Assembly: GCA_964016885.1 (NCBI GenBank)
Contig: OZ024742.1
Span: forward strand, 314,216,001 to 314,280,000
Direction of reading: 5' to 3'
Source of the DNA: Eledone cirrhosa
Lineage: Eukaryota
DNA length: 64,000 nt
Shown in pieces: positions 1-11,300 of the stretch. The notes below the pieces were generated by a model, which saw nothing but the letters and a program-made list of their open reading frames with translations, made no database searches and was not told the origin of the DNA. The first letter of the stretch is position 1. Each line of letters starts with the position of its first letter. The translations under genes and the position numbers were made by a program.

Positions 1-44
1 TATGTATGTATGTATGTATGTATGTATGTATGTATGTATGTATG
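1..44. repeat. (TATG)n microsatellite
   Basis: Direct reading of the sequence. Confidence 0.95.
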
Positions 45-577
45 TTGGGTCACTCTTGAGTGCTACTGGTTACATGTAACCCAGTACAACCTGTCGCATG
101 GTCGGGTCGTCGGCGACTAAATCGGCAACCCCACCAAGTTTACTTAGTGAGGAGGGTGATTTTGGACACCCTGCAGGACAAAAAAAAAACCTGACAAAGG
201 GCGGAAGAACTCATAAGAGTCAACGGCCATCCGAAAGTGTGTAAATATGTATATACATGTACCGCGCGGTTAAACCACTGGGAGCGAAGGACCCCTAGCC
301 TTTGTCAGGGCATTCTTCTAGGAGAAGGCAACTCAGGAAACTTGGATAACTCCGATATAAAACCTGCGGCTCAGTAGTTACCGATGATGTTGATCTTTTC
401 TTTTTTTCGGGTTATAGCTACTGTCGCTCAGAGAGTGGGATTGGCTCAGTGCACAGTTTTTCCTCACTTTAAAAAATATCTTCACGCACAGGCATTGCAC
501 GATAGAATTAATTAATAATTATTAATAATAGTTTATCGTGCAATGGCCATACTCGATAACGAGAGGGCAGCCATCGT
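45..577 (+). mobile_element. Interspersed non-coding repeat associated with (TATG)n (possibly RTE-related SINE/UTR remnant)
   Basis: Its 3' part (ctgcggctcagtagttaccgat...gagagtggga.tggctcag...gcaatggccatactcgataac...gggcagccatc) recurs at 63015-63417 (+) and 62057-62226 (-), each time next to a TATG/CATA repeat. Family assignment is inference. Confidence 0.6.
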
Positions 578-939
578 GTATATAAGTATGTGTGGTTGTA
601 TATACATGTGGTTCTCGTATTTTGCCAAACATAACATTAAGGTAGATTATTGTAGTATTCATTACACTTAAATGTGATCAATACTGGAATCATGAGATCA
701 GACATGATATAATACCTACTCTGACAAGTGCCATAATCTCCTTCTCGCAATAAAGATTAGTAACTTGGCACCTTCTCGTTTTTGTATAGAAATACCATGG
801 TAATAAAATGCATTCATCAATACCAGTTATAGGCAAAACGATATGTTTCTATTTTATGAACTTCATAAAGCATAGTGAAGTAAATGGAAAAATATACAAA
901 AACGTTTCGGGTGTGACGCTGTGAGACTAAGATATTTTT

Positions 940-1135
940 TCTAACGTAGGCACAAAGTCAATCACTCTGGAGAAAGGCAAAATCGATTAAATCGACCCTA
1001 GTACTTTACTAGTGCTTTATTTTATCGGCAAATTTGACCACGGTGTGATTTTGAACTCAGGACGTAAAGGGTTGTAATTGAATGATGAAAAGTATTTTGT
1101 TCTACATTCTGAAGATTCTCACAATTCACCACTCT
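940..1135 (-). mobile_element. Degenerate tRNA-derived SINE copy
   Basis: Contains aggcacaa, cgattaaatcgaccc and tttgaactcag motifs matching the SINE family seen at 61306-61495. Confidence 0.6.
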
Positions 1136-2096
1136 AGAAAAGTATGGAAGGCTTAACAAATTTTCGCGTCTTTCTTGCGCATGGGCTAGGCTCGACTTCT
1201 CTTTATCGTTCCAACTTTAGTTAGTGCCCAAGCTAGTTAGTGAGGTTTAAAAAATGGTTTCTGATTTAGGCACAAGGCACAATTTCCTTTCTTTTAGGCA
1301 CAATTTCTTTTCTTTTACAGCCTTGCCACCAGGAAGTCGGCCGGTCAGAAATGTACTCGAAATTAAGAGAAACGGAACATACATGCATATATATATATAT
1401 ATATAGATTTCACGGGGGTGAAATCTATATATATATATATATATGCGGCTACAAAAACCCGATGGGCTGCCTCAGGGTAAGCGAAAGAGGAAAAAGGAAA
1501 AGGAAGAGGAGAGGGACTGGAAGTAAGTGAGAAGAAGAGATAGAGAAAAAAAAAATAAGAGTATTACATCTATCTATGTAAGCTGGGGTTTCCCCTATCT
1601 TGTTCGGCAAGTGGGGAAAATAAAGATGTTACAGCCATTGTCTACCTACCCGGGTCGTGTGGGGGTTTGAAAGCAAGGTAAGTCCTACGCACGGCGTCCT
1701 CCCCAGTAGGAGTTAGCTCTGGAAAGTAAGCTCTAACTAAGATGGTATTTGATGTTATTATCTTGTTATTATCTGTATAATTCTATTTTCGCTTACTTTC
1801 TAGCTAACCTACTTTATCCACACTCCTTAGAGATTGCTGTATAGAATTTACTTTTAACGCTAGACCGGCTTCCCCTATCCCTCTTTGTTCTACAGGCAAG
1901 TTCAGCCACCCCACCCCCTACCTGCCGCCATGAAATATTTAACTGCGTTTACAAGGAACTTTGGCCACTCCTTTTGATAACTACAACCTTCATAAAAGCC
2001 TCATTATCGCATGCCCATATATGGAATTACCCCTTGAAGAGTTCGGCTATATCACCACCACGCTAAAAATACATGCATATATATATAAATATAAAT

Positions 2097-2392
2097 TATT
2101 CCGGGTTGATATGGAGGTAACCACAGTAAGTAAGGTACTCAATACATAGCAGAGTATAAAAGTTTTACAATATTCTTTCTGCCTTTGTTAATATTATAGC
2201 TTTAAAGAATTAGCTTTTAATGAATCCCCTTTCTTTAAATCCTTCAACCAATGACCTACACCCATCCCAATCCCCACCCTCTCCTACCACCAAATAAGGA
2301 AAGACATAAATACTACCATTTACTTGGACAACCAGCTTCCTGATGATTTCTCACGAATGAAACAGTTCTCGTCCTATATTAAAAATTATATA
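2097..2392. mobile_element. PLE-related terminal-repeat fragment with inversion and hammerhead core
   Basis: 2097-2167 matches 55814-55885. CTGATGAtttctcacgaatGAAAcagttctcGTC at 2340-2373 matches the hammerhead-like core at 55939-55972. Confidence 0.6.
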
Positions 2393-2524
2393 TAAATATA
2401 TATATATATAAGTTGAAAAAAAATGAAAACGAAATTTCATTTCTCACTCTTAGTATGGCACTTACTTAAATGTAAGTATGTATGTATACGTACATACATA
2501 TATGTATACAGACGTACAGTAGCA

Positions 2525-2582
<58 letters not shown>

Positions 2583-2722
2583 CAGGTACACATACATATA
2601 TGCACGCATCAGTTTAGCGGACGATTGCCGCTTTGTTCGTTTGTCAACAAACTGAACAGCCTGAATTATGCCATACGGTGTTAAGGCAACCACGTCACCT
2701 TTTTGTTCAACACTGACACAGG

Positions 2723-2767
2723 AACGATGTACTAGTTTCAAGCTTGTTAGCTATCATCAGCACCGTT
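2723..2767 (-). ncRNA. Minimal type I hammerhead ribozyme (F1 unit 1)
   Basis: Minus strand reads AACGGUG-CUGAUGA-U-AGCU-AACA-AGCU-U-GAAA-CUAG-UA-CAUCGUU. Stem I is 7 bp, the core is intact, stem III is the short palindrome ACUAGU, and the cleavage triplet is GUA. Confidence 0.8.
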
Positions 2768-3001
2768 TACCCATCTGCCAGATAGTTGAACGTTAAAAAG
2801 TATATACTTTCCTTATGAAAATTAACGGCTGAGCAGCCTAATTTGCATATTGAGTGAGTTAAATCGGTCAGGCATACCGAAAACGATAAGTTGAAAAAAA
2901 TGAAAACAAAATTTCATTTCTCACTCTCAGTATGGCACTTACTTAAATGTAAGTATGTATGTATACGTACATACATATATGTATACAGACGTACAGTAGC
3001 A

Positions 3002-3089
<88 letters not shown>

Positions 3090-3230
3090 CAGGTACACAT
3101 ACATATATGCACGCATCAGTTTAGCGGACGATTGCCGCTTTGTTCGTTTGTCAACAAACTGAACAGCCTGAATTTATGCCATACGGCGTTAAGGCAACCG
3201 CGTCACCTTTTTGTTCAACACTGACACAAA

Positions 3231-3275
3231 ATCGATGTACTAGTTTCAAGCTTGTTAGCTATCATCAGCACCGTT
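3231..3275 (-). ncRNA. Minimal type I hammerhead ribozyme (F1 unit 2)
   Basis: Same motif as 2723-2767, with one distal stem I substitution. Confidence 0.78.
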
Positions 3276-3510
3276 TACCCATCTGCCAGATAGTTGAACG
3301 TTCGAAAGTATATACTTTCCTTATGAAAATTAACGACTGAGCAGCCTAATTTGCATATTGAGTGAGTTAAATCGGTCAGGCATACCGAAAACAATAAGTT
3401 GAAAAAAAATGAAAACGAAATTTCATTTCTCACTCTTAGTATGGCACTTACTTAAATGTAAGTATGTATGTATACGTACATACATATATGTATACAGACG
3501 TACAGTAGCA

Positions 3511-3586
<76 letters not shown>

Positions 3587-3727
3587 CAGGTACACATACA
3601 TATATGCACGCATCAGTTTAGCAGTCGATTGCCGCTTTGTTCGTTTGTCAACAAACTGAACAGCCTGAATTTATGCCATACGGTGTTAAGGCAACCACGT
3701 CACCTTTTTGTTCAACACTGACACAGG

Positions 3728-3772
3728 AACGATGTACTAGTTTCAAGCTTGTTAGCTATCATCAGCACCGTT
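3728..3772 (-). ncRNA. Minimal type I hammerhead ribozyme (F1 unit 3)
   Basis: Identical to 2723-2767. Confidence 0.8.
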
Positions 3773-4007
3773 TACCCATCTGCCAGATAGTTGAACGTTC
3801 GAAAGTATATACTTTCCTTATGAAAATTAACGGCTGAGCAGCCTAATTTGCATATTGAGTGAGTTAAATCGGTCAGGCATACCGAAAACGATAAGTTGAA
3901 AAAAAATGAAAACAAAATTTCATTTCTCACTCTTAGTATGGCACTTACTTAAATGTAAGTATGTATGTATACGTACATACATATATGTATACAGACGTAC
4001 AGTAGCA

Positions 4008-4087
<80 letters not shown>

Positions 4088-4228
4088 CAGGTACACATAC
4101 ATATATGCACGCATCAGTTTAGCGGACGATTGCCGCTTTGTTCGTTTGTCAACAAACTGAACAGCCTGAATTTATGCCATACGGTGTTAAGGCAACCGCG
4201 TCACCTTTTTGTTCAACACTGACACAAA

Positions 4229-4273
4229 AACGATGTACTAGTTTCAAGCTTGTTAGCTATCATCAGCACCGTT
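4229..4273 (-). ncRNA. Minimal type I hammerhead ribozyme (F1 unit 4)
   Basis: Identical to 2723-2767. Confidence 0.8.
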
Positions 4274-4602
4274 TACCCATCTGCCAGATAGTTGAACGTT
4301 CGAAAGTATATACTTTCCTTATGAAAATTAACGGCTGAGCAGCCTAATTTGCATATTGAGTGAGTTAAATCGGTCAGGCATACCGAAAACGATAAGTTGA
4401 AAAAAAATGAAAACGAAATTTCATTTCTCACTCTTAGTATGGCACTTACTTAAATGTAAGTATGTATGTATACGTACATACATATATGTATACAGACGTA
4501 TACAGATTTAACTCACTCAATATGCAAATTAGGCTGCTCAGCCGTTAATTTTCATAAGGAAAGTATATACTTTCGAACGTTCAACTATCTGGCCGATGGG
4601 TA

Positions 4603-4647
4603 AACAGTGCTGATGATAGCTAACAAGCTTGAAACTAGTACATCGTT
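4603..4647 (+). ncRNA. Minimal type I hammerhead ribozyme (F1 inverted copy)
   Basis: aacagtg-CTGATGA-tagctaacaagctt-GAAA-ctagta-catcgtt, with one stem I mismatch. Confidence 0.75.
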
Positions 4648-4788
4648 CCTGTGTCAGTGTTGAACAAAAAGGTGACGTGGTTGCCTTAACACCGTATGGC
4701 ATAAATTCAGGCTGTTCAGTTTGTTGACAAACGAACAAAGCGGCAATCGTCCGCTAAACTGATGCGTGCATATATGTATGTGTACCTG

Positions 4789-4824
<36 letters not shown>

Positions 4825-4879
4825 TGCTACTGTACGTCTGTATACATATATGTATGTACGTATACATACATACTTATAT

Positions 4880-4919
<40 letters not shown>

Positions 4920-4925
<6 letters not shown>

Positions 4926-5100
4926 TAAAAAATTGAACGGGAACAAAACAGAGAGGCAGTACGAACAAAGGTTTATTAGTTTCACGCTCTTGAGAGTGGG
5001 GTGATTGGGGGGGGGGGGCGTTTCGGGCATAAGCCCTTCTTCAGGTGAAAAGTGTGTGGGAAGAGAGTTCCAAGGGTGTGTAGGGGAGTGGTGGACAGTC
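4920..5100 (-). mobile_element. PLE terminal-repeat remnant with partial hammerhead (5019-5044)
   Basis: Minus strand reads CTGAAGA-A-GGGC-TTAT-GCCC-GAAACG, followed by a gagcgtgaaactaataaa tail. The cleavage triplet is replaced by a C-run. Confidence 0.55.
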
Positions 5101-5519
5101 ATCTAGAAAAAAGGGGGTGAGAGGAAACGGTACAAACGAAATTAAATATAAAAGCATGATAAAAATAAAAATAAAAAAACACATGAAGTAAAACAGGTGG
5201 TGGAAGGGTGTGGGGCGTGTAGGGGTGGTGGCGGGTGGAGTGGGGAGAGGGAGGCGAGGTGTCCGAGCGGGGAGGGCTGAAGGTGGTGTGTGTGTGTAGG
5301 TGTACGTGTGTGTGTGTGTATGTGAAAGTAAGAGTTGGGGGAAGAACGGGGTTGCATGTTCAGGAAGAGGTGTGTGTGGGGTGGGGTGTAGGTCGGAGTG
5401 TGTGGATAGAGGGGTGGGGGAGAGGATTACGGAGGCTCAATGTGTAAATATGTGGTGGTACGCGCGTGTGTGACTGGTGTTTATGCGTGTTGTGGATGTA
5501 GGTGGCGTGTGGGGAAAAT

Positions 5520-5937
5520 ATATATATATACAGAGATATCCACGGTAAGTTGTGGGGTCTAGTCTGCATGAAGAACTCAATGTAATCCATATGTTTGCTT
5601 TTGACCACAGCTGGTGATATGCATGTAAGTAAATATTCTCTTTATCTGATATTTTGTAACTAACCTTACATAGATCGATAACGAAGTATAGTTACATATA
5701 TTATATATATATATATAAGTTAAAACAATGAAATAAAAAATCAAGTCATTAGAAATATACTTCACTGCTTTACGATAGTTTCTAGGTGATGATAATACAT
5801 TGCAACTATACTTCGTTATCGATGTATGTAAGGTTAGTTACAAAATATCAGATAAAGAGAATATTTACTTACATGCATATCACCAGCTGTTGTCAAAAGC
5901 AAACATATGGATTACATTGAGTTCTTCATGCAGACTA
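5520..5937. mobile_element. Family F4 fold-back element (inverted arms ~5559-5692 / 5804-5937)
   Basis: About 135 bp near-perfect inverted arms. Sequence is shared with 20765-20950, 22725-22910 and 22976-23055. Confidence 0.75.
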
Positions 5938-6081
5938 TGCTTTCCAGCATAGTTACGTCCCTTTACGATCTGAGTTCAAATCCCGCCGAGGTTGACTTTG
6001 CCTTTCATCCCTACGGAGTCGATAAAATAAAGTACCAGTAATGCACTGGGTAATTGCTGGCCTTGTGCCTAAAGTAGAAAC

Positions 6082-6086
<5 letters not shown>
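5938..6086 (+). mobile_element. tRNA-derived SINE, 5'-truncated
   Basis: B-box gagttcaaatcc, central gcctttcatcc.tacgg.gtcgataaaataaagtaccag, tail gtagaaacaattat. Confidence 0.85.
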
Positions 6087-6145
<59 letters not shown>

Positions 6146-6726
6146 TGATATATCATATTATCTAACTCTATGTAGTGATTGTTCCCACGGCAGAAATGAC
6201 TTCATGAGTCGTTAGACTGGAATCTACAACTGTCAGTAACAGTAATGTCGATTTCTGTTCACCATCTTCTGTCATTAAATCACGATTTTTCTATAAAGAA
6301 TATTGTACTTGTATCGTCTAATAGCCTACAGAACTTAAAATAGAATTTAAACGTAATTACATTATAAGTCTGAAAATTGATTATGGCAAAGTCTTTGTGA
6401 ATAGAAACTACTTTCTATTCTAAAGGTTTGCAAAATTATGTGCATCATTAACTTGAAGACATACAGCATACAGCAATATTATATCTTCTTCTTCTTCTTC
6501 TTCTTCTTTGTCACCTCCTCTCTCTATCTCTCTCTCTAGGAAAAAGTTAACCCCGACGGCAGAGCTCAAGCCGTTTCAACAGTCCATCGAAACGGCTTGA
6601 GCTCTGCCGTCAGTGTTAAACTTTTTTCTATTACCCACTCTACTACCCTAATTATTGGTCCCTCTGGTTCCTTACCACACCTCCTTCGTTATATATATAT
6701 ATATAATGATGATAACAGTTTTAATA

Positions 6727-6910
6727 ATAATTGTTTCTACTTTAGGCACAAGGCCAGCAATTACCCAGTGCATTACTGGTACTTTATTTTATCGACGGAT
6801 GAAGGGCAAAGTAAACCTCGGCAGGATTTGAACTCAGACCGTAAAGGGACGTAACTATGCTGGAAAGCATGGCGTCCGACTCTCTATTGATACTGCCAAT
6901 CCACTGCCCT
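6727..6910 (-). mobile_element. tRNA-derived SINE, full length
   Basis: Family match, flanked by the direct repeat ttttaataat (TSD). Confidence 0.85.
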
Positions 6911-6959
6911 CACCAATTTTAATAATAATAACAAAAAGGACGATTTGTGATGTCTTCTT

Positions 6960-7190
6960 TACATTTATTGAGTAGTGTCGTGCGTTTCGCTATTGATCAG
7001 CTCATGGTTCGATCTAGCCCGACTCTGGAATCAAAAGCTCGTCGTACCTCTGCTGTGGTAATGACATAATGAACCTGTGTACTTTTTATTGTTATTATAA
7101 TTACATTCTGCTTAGTTCTACACCTCTATACCGACTGTAAACTACACATCGGGGGCTCACTCTGGTGAAACTACAGAAACTGGACATTAC
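6960..7190 (-). mobile_element. Family F5 (long-stem-II hammerhead) degenerate copy
   Basis: Matches 62520-62625 and 62780-62870. Minus strand reads ACGACGA-gcttttgat...atcaatagc-GAAAC-GCAC-GAC. Confidence 0.6.
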
Positions 7191-7246
7191 ATTCTCTCTC
7201 TCTCTATATATATATATTATGTGTGTTTATATATATATACTCCTTA

Positions 7247-7409
7247 TTGGCAGTATCGGTAGAGGGTCGGACGCCATGCTTTGCAGCAAAGAGTTACGGC
7301 CTTTTATGGTCTGAGTTGAAATCCCGCCGAGGTTAACTTTGCCTTTCATCCTTACGGGGTCGATAAAATAAAGTACCAGTAATACACTGGATTAATTGCT
7401 GTTCTTGTG
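7247..7409 (+). mobile_element. tRNA-derived SINE
   Basis: A-box-like tggcagtatcggt, B-box-like gagttgaaatcc, family body and tail. Confidence 0.85.
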
Positions 7410-7577
7410 CCTAAAGTAGAAACAATTATCTTTCAGCTTTTCCTTCTTTCTTTCTTCCATCACTCCCCTTTTCTGTTTCCCCCTGTTTCTCTCTTTTCCT
7501 TTCTTTTTTTACCCTTTTCTTCCTCTTCTCTATTCTATTCTCTCTGCAACCAACTATTCAAAACAAGGAACATAAAA

Positions 7578-7665
7578 ACCAAGCCTCGCAAGCTGGAATA
7601 GCTTTTCCAGCGCGTCTACCTCACCATCCGCCTGGGAAACGTTTTCTCTATTCTGTGCGCCGGAA
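7578..7665 (+). pseudogene. Old 3' fragment of CRE-clade non-LTR element
   Basis: Translates PRKLE*LFQRVYLTIRLGNVFSILCAG, homologous to EPRELEWLFQRVSLAVLRGNAFSILFAG of the element at 8489-8794. Confidence 0.65.
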
Positions 7666-7873
7666 TCACGGGACAACCAGCATGTGGACTACCATTTGCT
7701 CACAATAGTGACAGATGAGGAGATCGGGAAGGACGGAGGCAGTGACAGTGGGAGTTTGGTTCTTTTGTATTCGGACCTTGTGTATATGTATACGTTTCAC
7801 GGACACACAACTGATGTGAATGAGAAATGTTAATTTAAAGCTGAACGCAGATATCTCCCGTCATAAAGGAAAC

Positions 7874-7954
7874 CACGAGTCTGATGAGCTATTGATTCTA
7901 TACGATTCGGATCGTACCTTGAGCTAATCAACCAAGAAACACACGTCACATGTG
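7874..7954 (+). ncRNA. Hammerhead ribozyme-like motif with extended stem II (F5)
   Basis: cacgagt-CTGATGA-gctattgatt...aatcaaccaa-GAAAC-acac-GTC-acatgtg. Stem I pairs 6 of 7, the core is intact and the base of stem II is decayed. Confidence 0.55.
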
Positions 7955-7992
7955 AAAAAATATAATGATGATACTTTGACACCTCGTTCCTC

Positions 7993-8073
7993 ATTCTTAC
8001 GGGGTCGATAAAATAAAGTACTAGTAATGTACTGGGTAATTACTGGCCTTGTGCCAAATGTAGAAACAATTAT
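7993..8073 (+). mobile_element. SINE 3' fragment
   Basis: cttacggggtcgataaaataaagta...gtagaaacaattatt. Confidence 0.75.
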
Positions 8074-8245
8074 TATCATTAACGCTTTGCTTATGAGAGA
8101 GACCGACCATAGTATAACACCAAATGTGCAATAACACATACTATACTAAATACTAAGCAGGACCCACCTCTGCATCTACTGTTGAAGCTGGTAAGACAAT
8201 AGTAACGTTAAGTTACAAACCATTAAACTATATATATATATATAT

Positions 8246-8317
<72 letters not shown>

Positions 8318-8389
8318 GTATATGTATATATGTGTATATATATATATATATAGTTTAGTGACGTAATAGTCACTTATATGTATGAATTT

Positions 8390-11300
8390 TGTATTTTTTT
8401 ATTTTTGTTTATGTATTATATCTATTTATGTACTATATATATGTTACAGACTTTATTGTGTTGTATCAGATGGAAGAATAGTATTTAACTAATGTATTGG
8501 TACGCGATGGGGCCCACCCACAGCCCCGGCGAACAGAATGGAGAAGGCGTTTCCCCGGAGGACGGCAAGGGAGACGCGCTGGAAAAGCCACTCCAACTCG
8601 CGGGGCTCACACCTACGGCTGGCCAGCTCAGCGCCTATGGAGGTGAGTAAGGAGGTAGCCCTGGGGCCGAGGACACCAGAAGTTTCCACTGCCAGGGGAA
8701 CGACCGCAAACCTGTCGGAGAGCGACCGGTATTTGAGGAGTTTGGCCCTCTCAGCCCAACGCGCAGCAGAACCTGGGTCAGTCGCAGACTGCATCAGGTT
8801 GCGGATGCAGAAAGTGTCATCCCAGTGGCATCCCAGACGACGGGTTTTCCACCGCGGAACGGGAAGATGGTCATGCCATCTGGCCTTTTGCCGTCCGCTC
8901 GATCCAGCCCCACCGACTCGAGCTGGGAAGGGAATGCTGCAGCGTCCAAGCCATCCTTAATGACCTCGTTGAGGGCAGTATGGCGAGGAATGCGGCCGGC
9001 ACTGTGGCGACATGAAAGCAGGTGGAGGCCGAAAGAGTCCACGGTGTAACCGCAGCGACATTAGTGTGGCTGGCAGATCCGGAGGCCGAGCCTCAATGAA
9101 ACGCCGATTCGCAGGATATGGTTGTCTAGCTGCGTACCAGTGGAGAAGGAGGGCAGAGCATGGAGCCAGGCACCACTGTGGGGTTTGGACGCCGCACGAA
9201 AACAAGCAAGGCGGTGCTGGTGGAGCTGGCGCGTGAGCTTGTCTGAGGCCAAGCTGCACTGGATGGCATCCGAAGTGCGTTGGGGGGACTTGACGTCAAC
9301 AGGGGGAGAAGGAGGAGGGACGTCTACTGGGCTAAGTCCCAGCCGGTCCCACGTTTCACAGGCGGCCTCACGTTCTCTGAACACAGAGGGTTCTGTTGTG
9401 TTTTGAAGAACCCTTCTGACGAGGACGCGGCACGATGTTACCGACGAAAGATACGCCGGCAAAGATAGTGAGATCGGGGACCGGAGGCCTAGGCCGCCAT
9501 ACCTGATCGGTAAAGTGGCCTGTTGACACCCTATGTCGTCAAACTTGACGTTGCATATCCCCTCGGCTGCTGCTCCGATACAAGTATCGAGGTCAGCGAT
9601 GAGAGATGTCTGGGTGTAGCATGGAGCGCTGCGGAGTCTATAGAGGAGCTTCGGCATGGCGAAGCAGTTCCTCAGCAGAAAGAGAGCTGGGTGGCCGTCA
9701 ATCAAGCCCAGTCGGCTCGTGAGAGTCTGGAGCTGTTGAAGCCTGGACCTGATGGTGGAGCGGATGGCCGGCGAGTGGATCGGTGACCCGAGGATGAGGA
9801 CATCCTCTTTGTGGGTCACCTGAACCTGGCAGATAATGGAGCGCACGTCCAAGACGGAGGCTACAAAGCTCGCAGCATCGAGGCTGACGTTCACCACTTC
9901 CGACTTGGCCGAGTTGACCTGGAGGCCGATTCCCGCCAGGGCAGGAATCAACGATTGAAGGTCTTGGCAGACCGTCTGTACGGACTCGCCCAACGTAGCA
10001 TCATCCAGATACCAAACGTTGAGAGGGGCAATGATACTCTGGGCGACGTGGTCAATACCAAAGGCGAACAGGAGGGGTCCCAAAGGGTCGCCCTGTTGGA
10101 CCCCAGTAGCCGAGGGTATGACCGTATCAGCAGCTAGGAGCATGCTCGGGGCTCCATATGACAGGTAGACCAGCGGGTAGGCAAAGGGGGTTCGGCTGAG
10201 GCAGGCCTCGAGCAGATGATCCCGGCGTAAAGAGTTAAGGCATTCCTCATGTCGAGCTTGACAATGAGGTGCCTGGAGTCCCTGTGACGGACTTGCAGAT
10301 CACCTTGGCAGCCAGCCTCCAGAAGAGGAGCAATGGGGCGTATGCCACCCTTTTTCTTCCTGAGAGCGGTGAGGCTGGCCGAAAAAAAGAGGCCTCGGGC
10401 GTAAGGGTCGAGGGCACCATGAATGAGCCTATTGGTGAGCGCCACAATTGCACTCAGATGGCGGCGCCGGCATCAGCGGAGAGGGGGGGGGATGTCAACT
10501 CCTTGAGGTAGCTTGGCCGGAGACCATCAACACCTCTGCAGCTGCTAGCTGGGAAGGACTTTATGGCGGTCATGATATCTGCATCAGTAGCCACAAGGAG
10601 CAGGTGGGGGTCGGGTGGGGGTATGGGTCTGAAATCAGTGGGAGGCTCAGGGTGTTTGAGCTGCAGAGCTGCCAGGATCTCCTCGGTGGATTGGTTCACA
10701 GTGTCCTCTGAGGCAACAACTCTGACTGCGGCCAAGACATCACCCATGATAAGCTTTGCGTTTACCTGGTCACGCAAATGCTTGGCACTGGCCTCGGGGG
10801 TGGAGGATAAGGGGTACCTGAGGGTGGGGTGTGCGGCGTCCCTGGGCACGCTTGGAATGTGCGCTCGCCCAAATGACGAGACATTGGCTTTGAGGAAGGC
10901 TGCTGTTGACCGGCCGCCCCGGTCAGCTCCAGTGCTGGGGATGCCGAGGGCGAGTGGGGCGAATTGAACAGCCGCTCCCAGTCACTGGCTCGATTGGAGT
11001 CCAGGGTGCTCTCAATCGTGGAAGCAAGGGCATTAGCTACCGGCACCCGTGCCGCTCTTGGGATCCTGAGTGGGATCTTCCGGAGCCGCCTGAGCCGAGC
11101 TATGTTGACCAGCGAGGCTCGGGTGTCAGGCAAGCTCGCTGTCCCATCTGGTGGTGTGCCAGACGGCCGTGGCTGGGAAGACGTGGGGAAGAGGCAGCTC
11201 CTGCACCTCCACGCTGCAAGGGCATAGGAAGCTCGACGAGTCAAGCCAACGCAGGGGAGGTGGTGGAAGCAGCCGCACCCCAAACAGTTCCGGACCCTCT

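Larger units (their letters stand above)
2409..4876 (-). mobile_element. Family F1 hammerhead-containing tandem array (4 full ~480-510 bp units + partial unit, then an inverted partial copy at 4505-4876)
   Basis: Units start at 2409, 2887, 3395, 3892 and 4393 and differ mainly in internal (TA)n length. 4505-4876 is the reverse complement of the unit. Each full unit holds a hammerhead motif. Confidence 0.9.

Noticed and set aside
2423-4968. Repeated ORFs (MKTKFHFS..., MFVCQQTEQ...) in the F1 array
   Set aside because: They are short, run through variable (TA)n tracts, have a stop in unit 1 and show no domain, so they are by-products of a non-coding repeat.
5190-5430. G-rich tract as a regulatory G-quadruplex
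   Set aside because: It is low-complexity GT/G-rich sequence attached to a repeat remnant, with no evidence of function.
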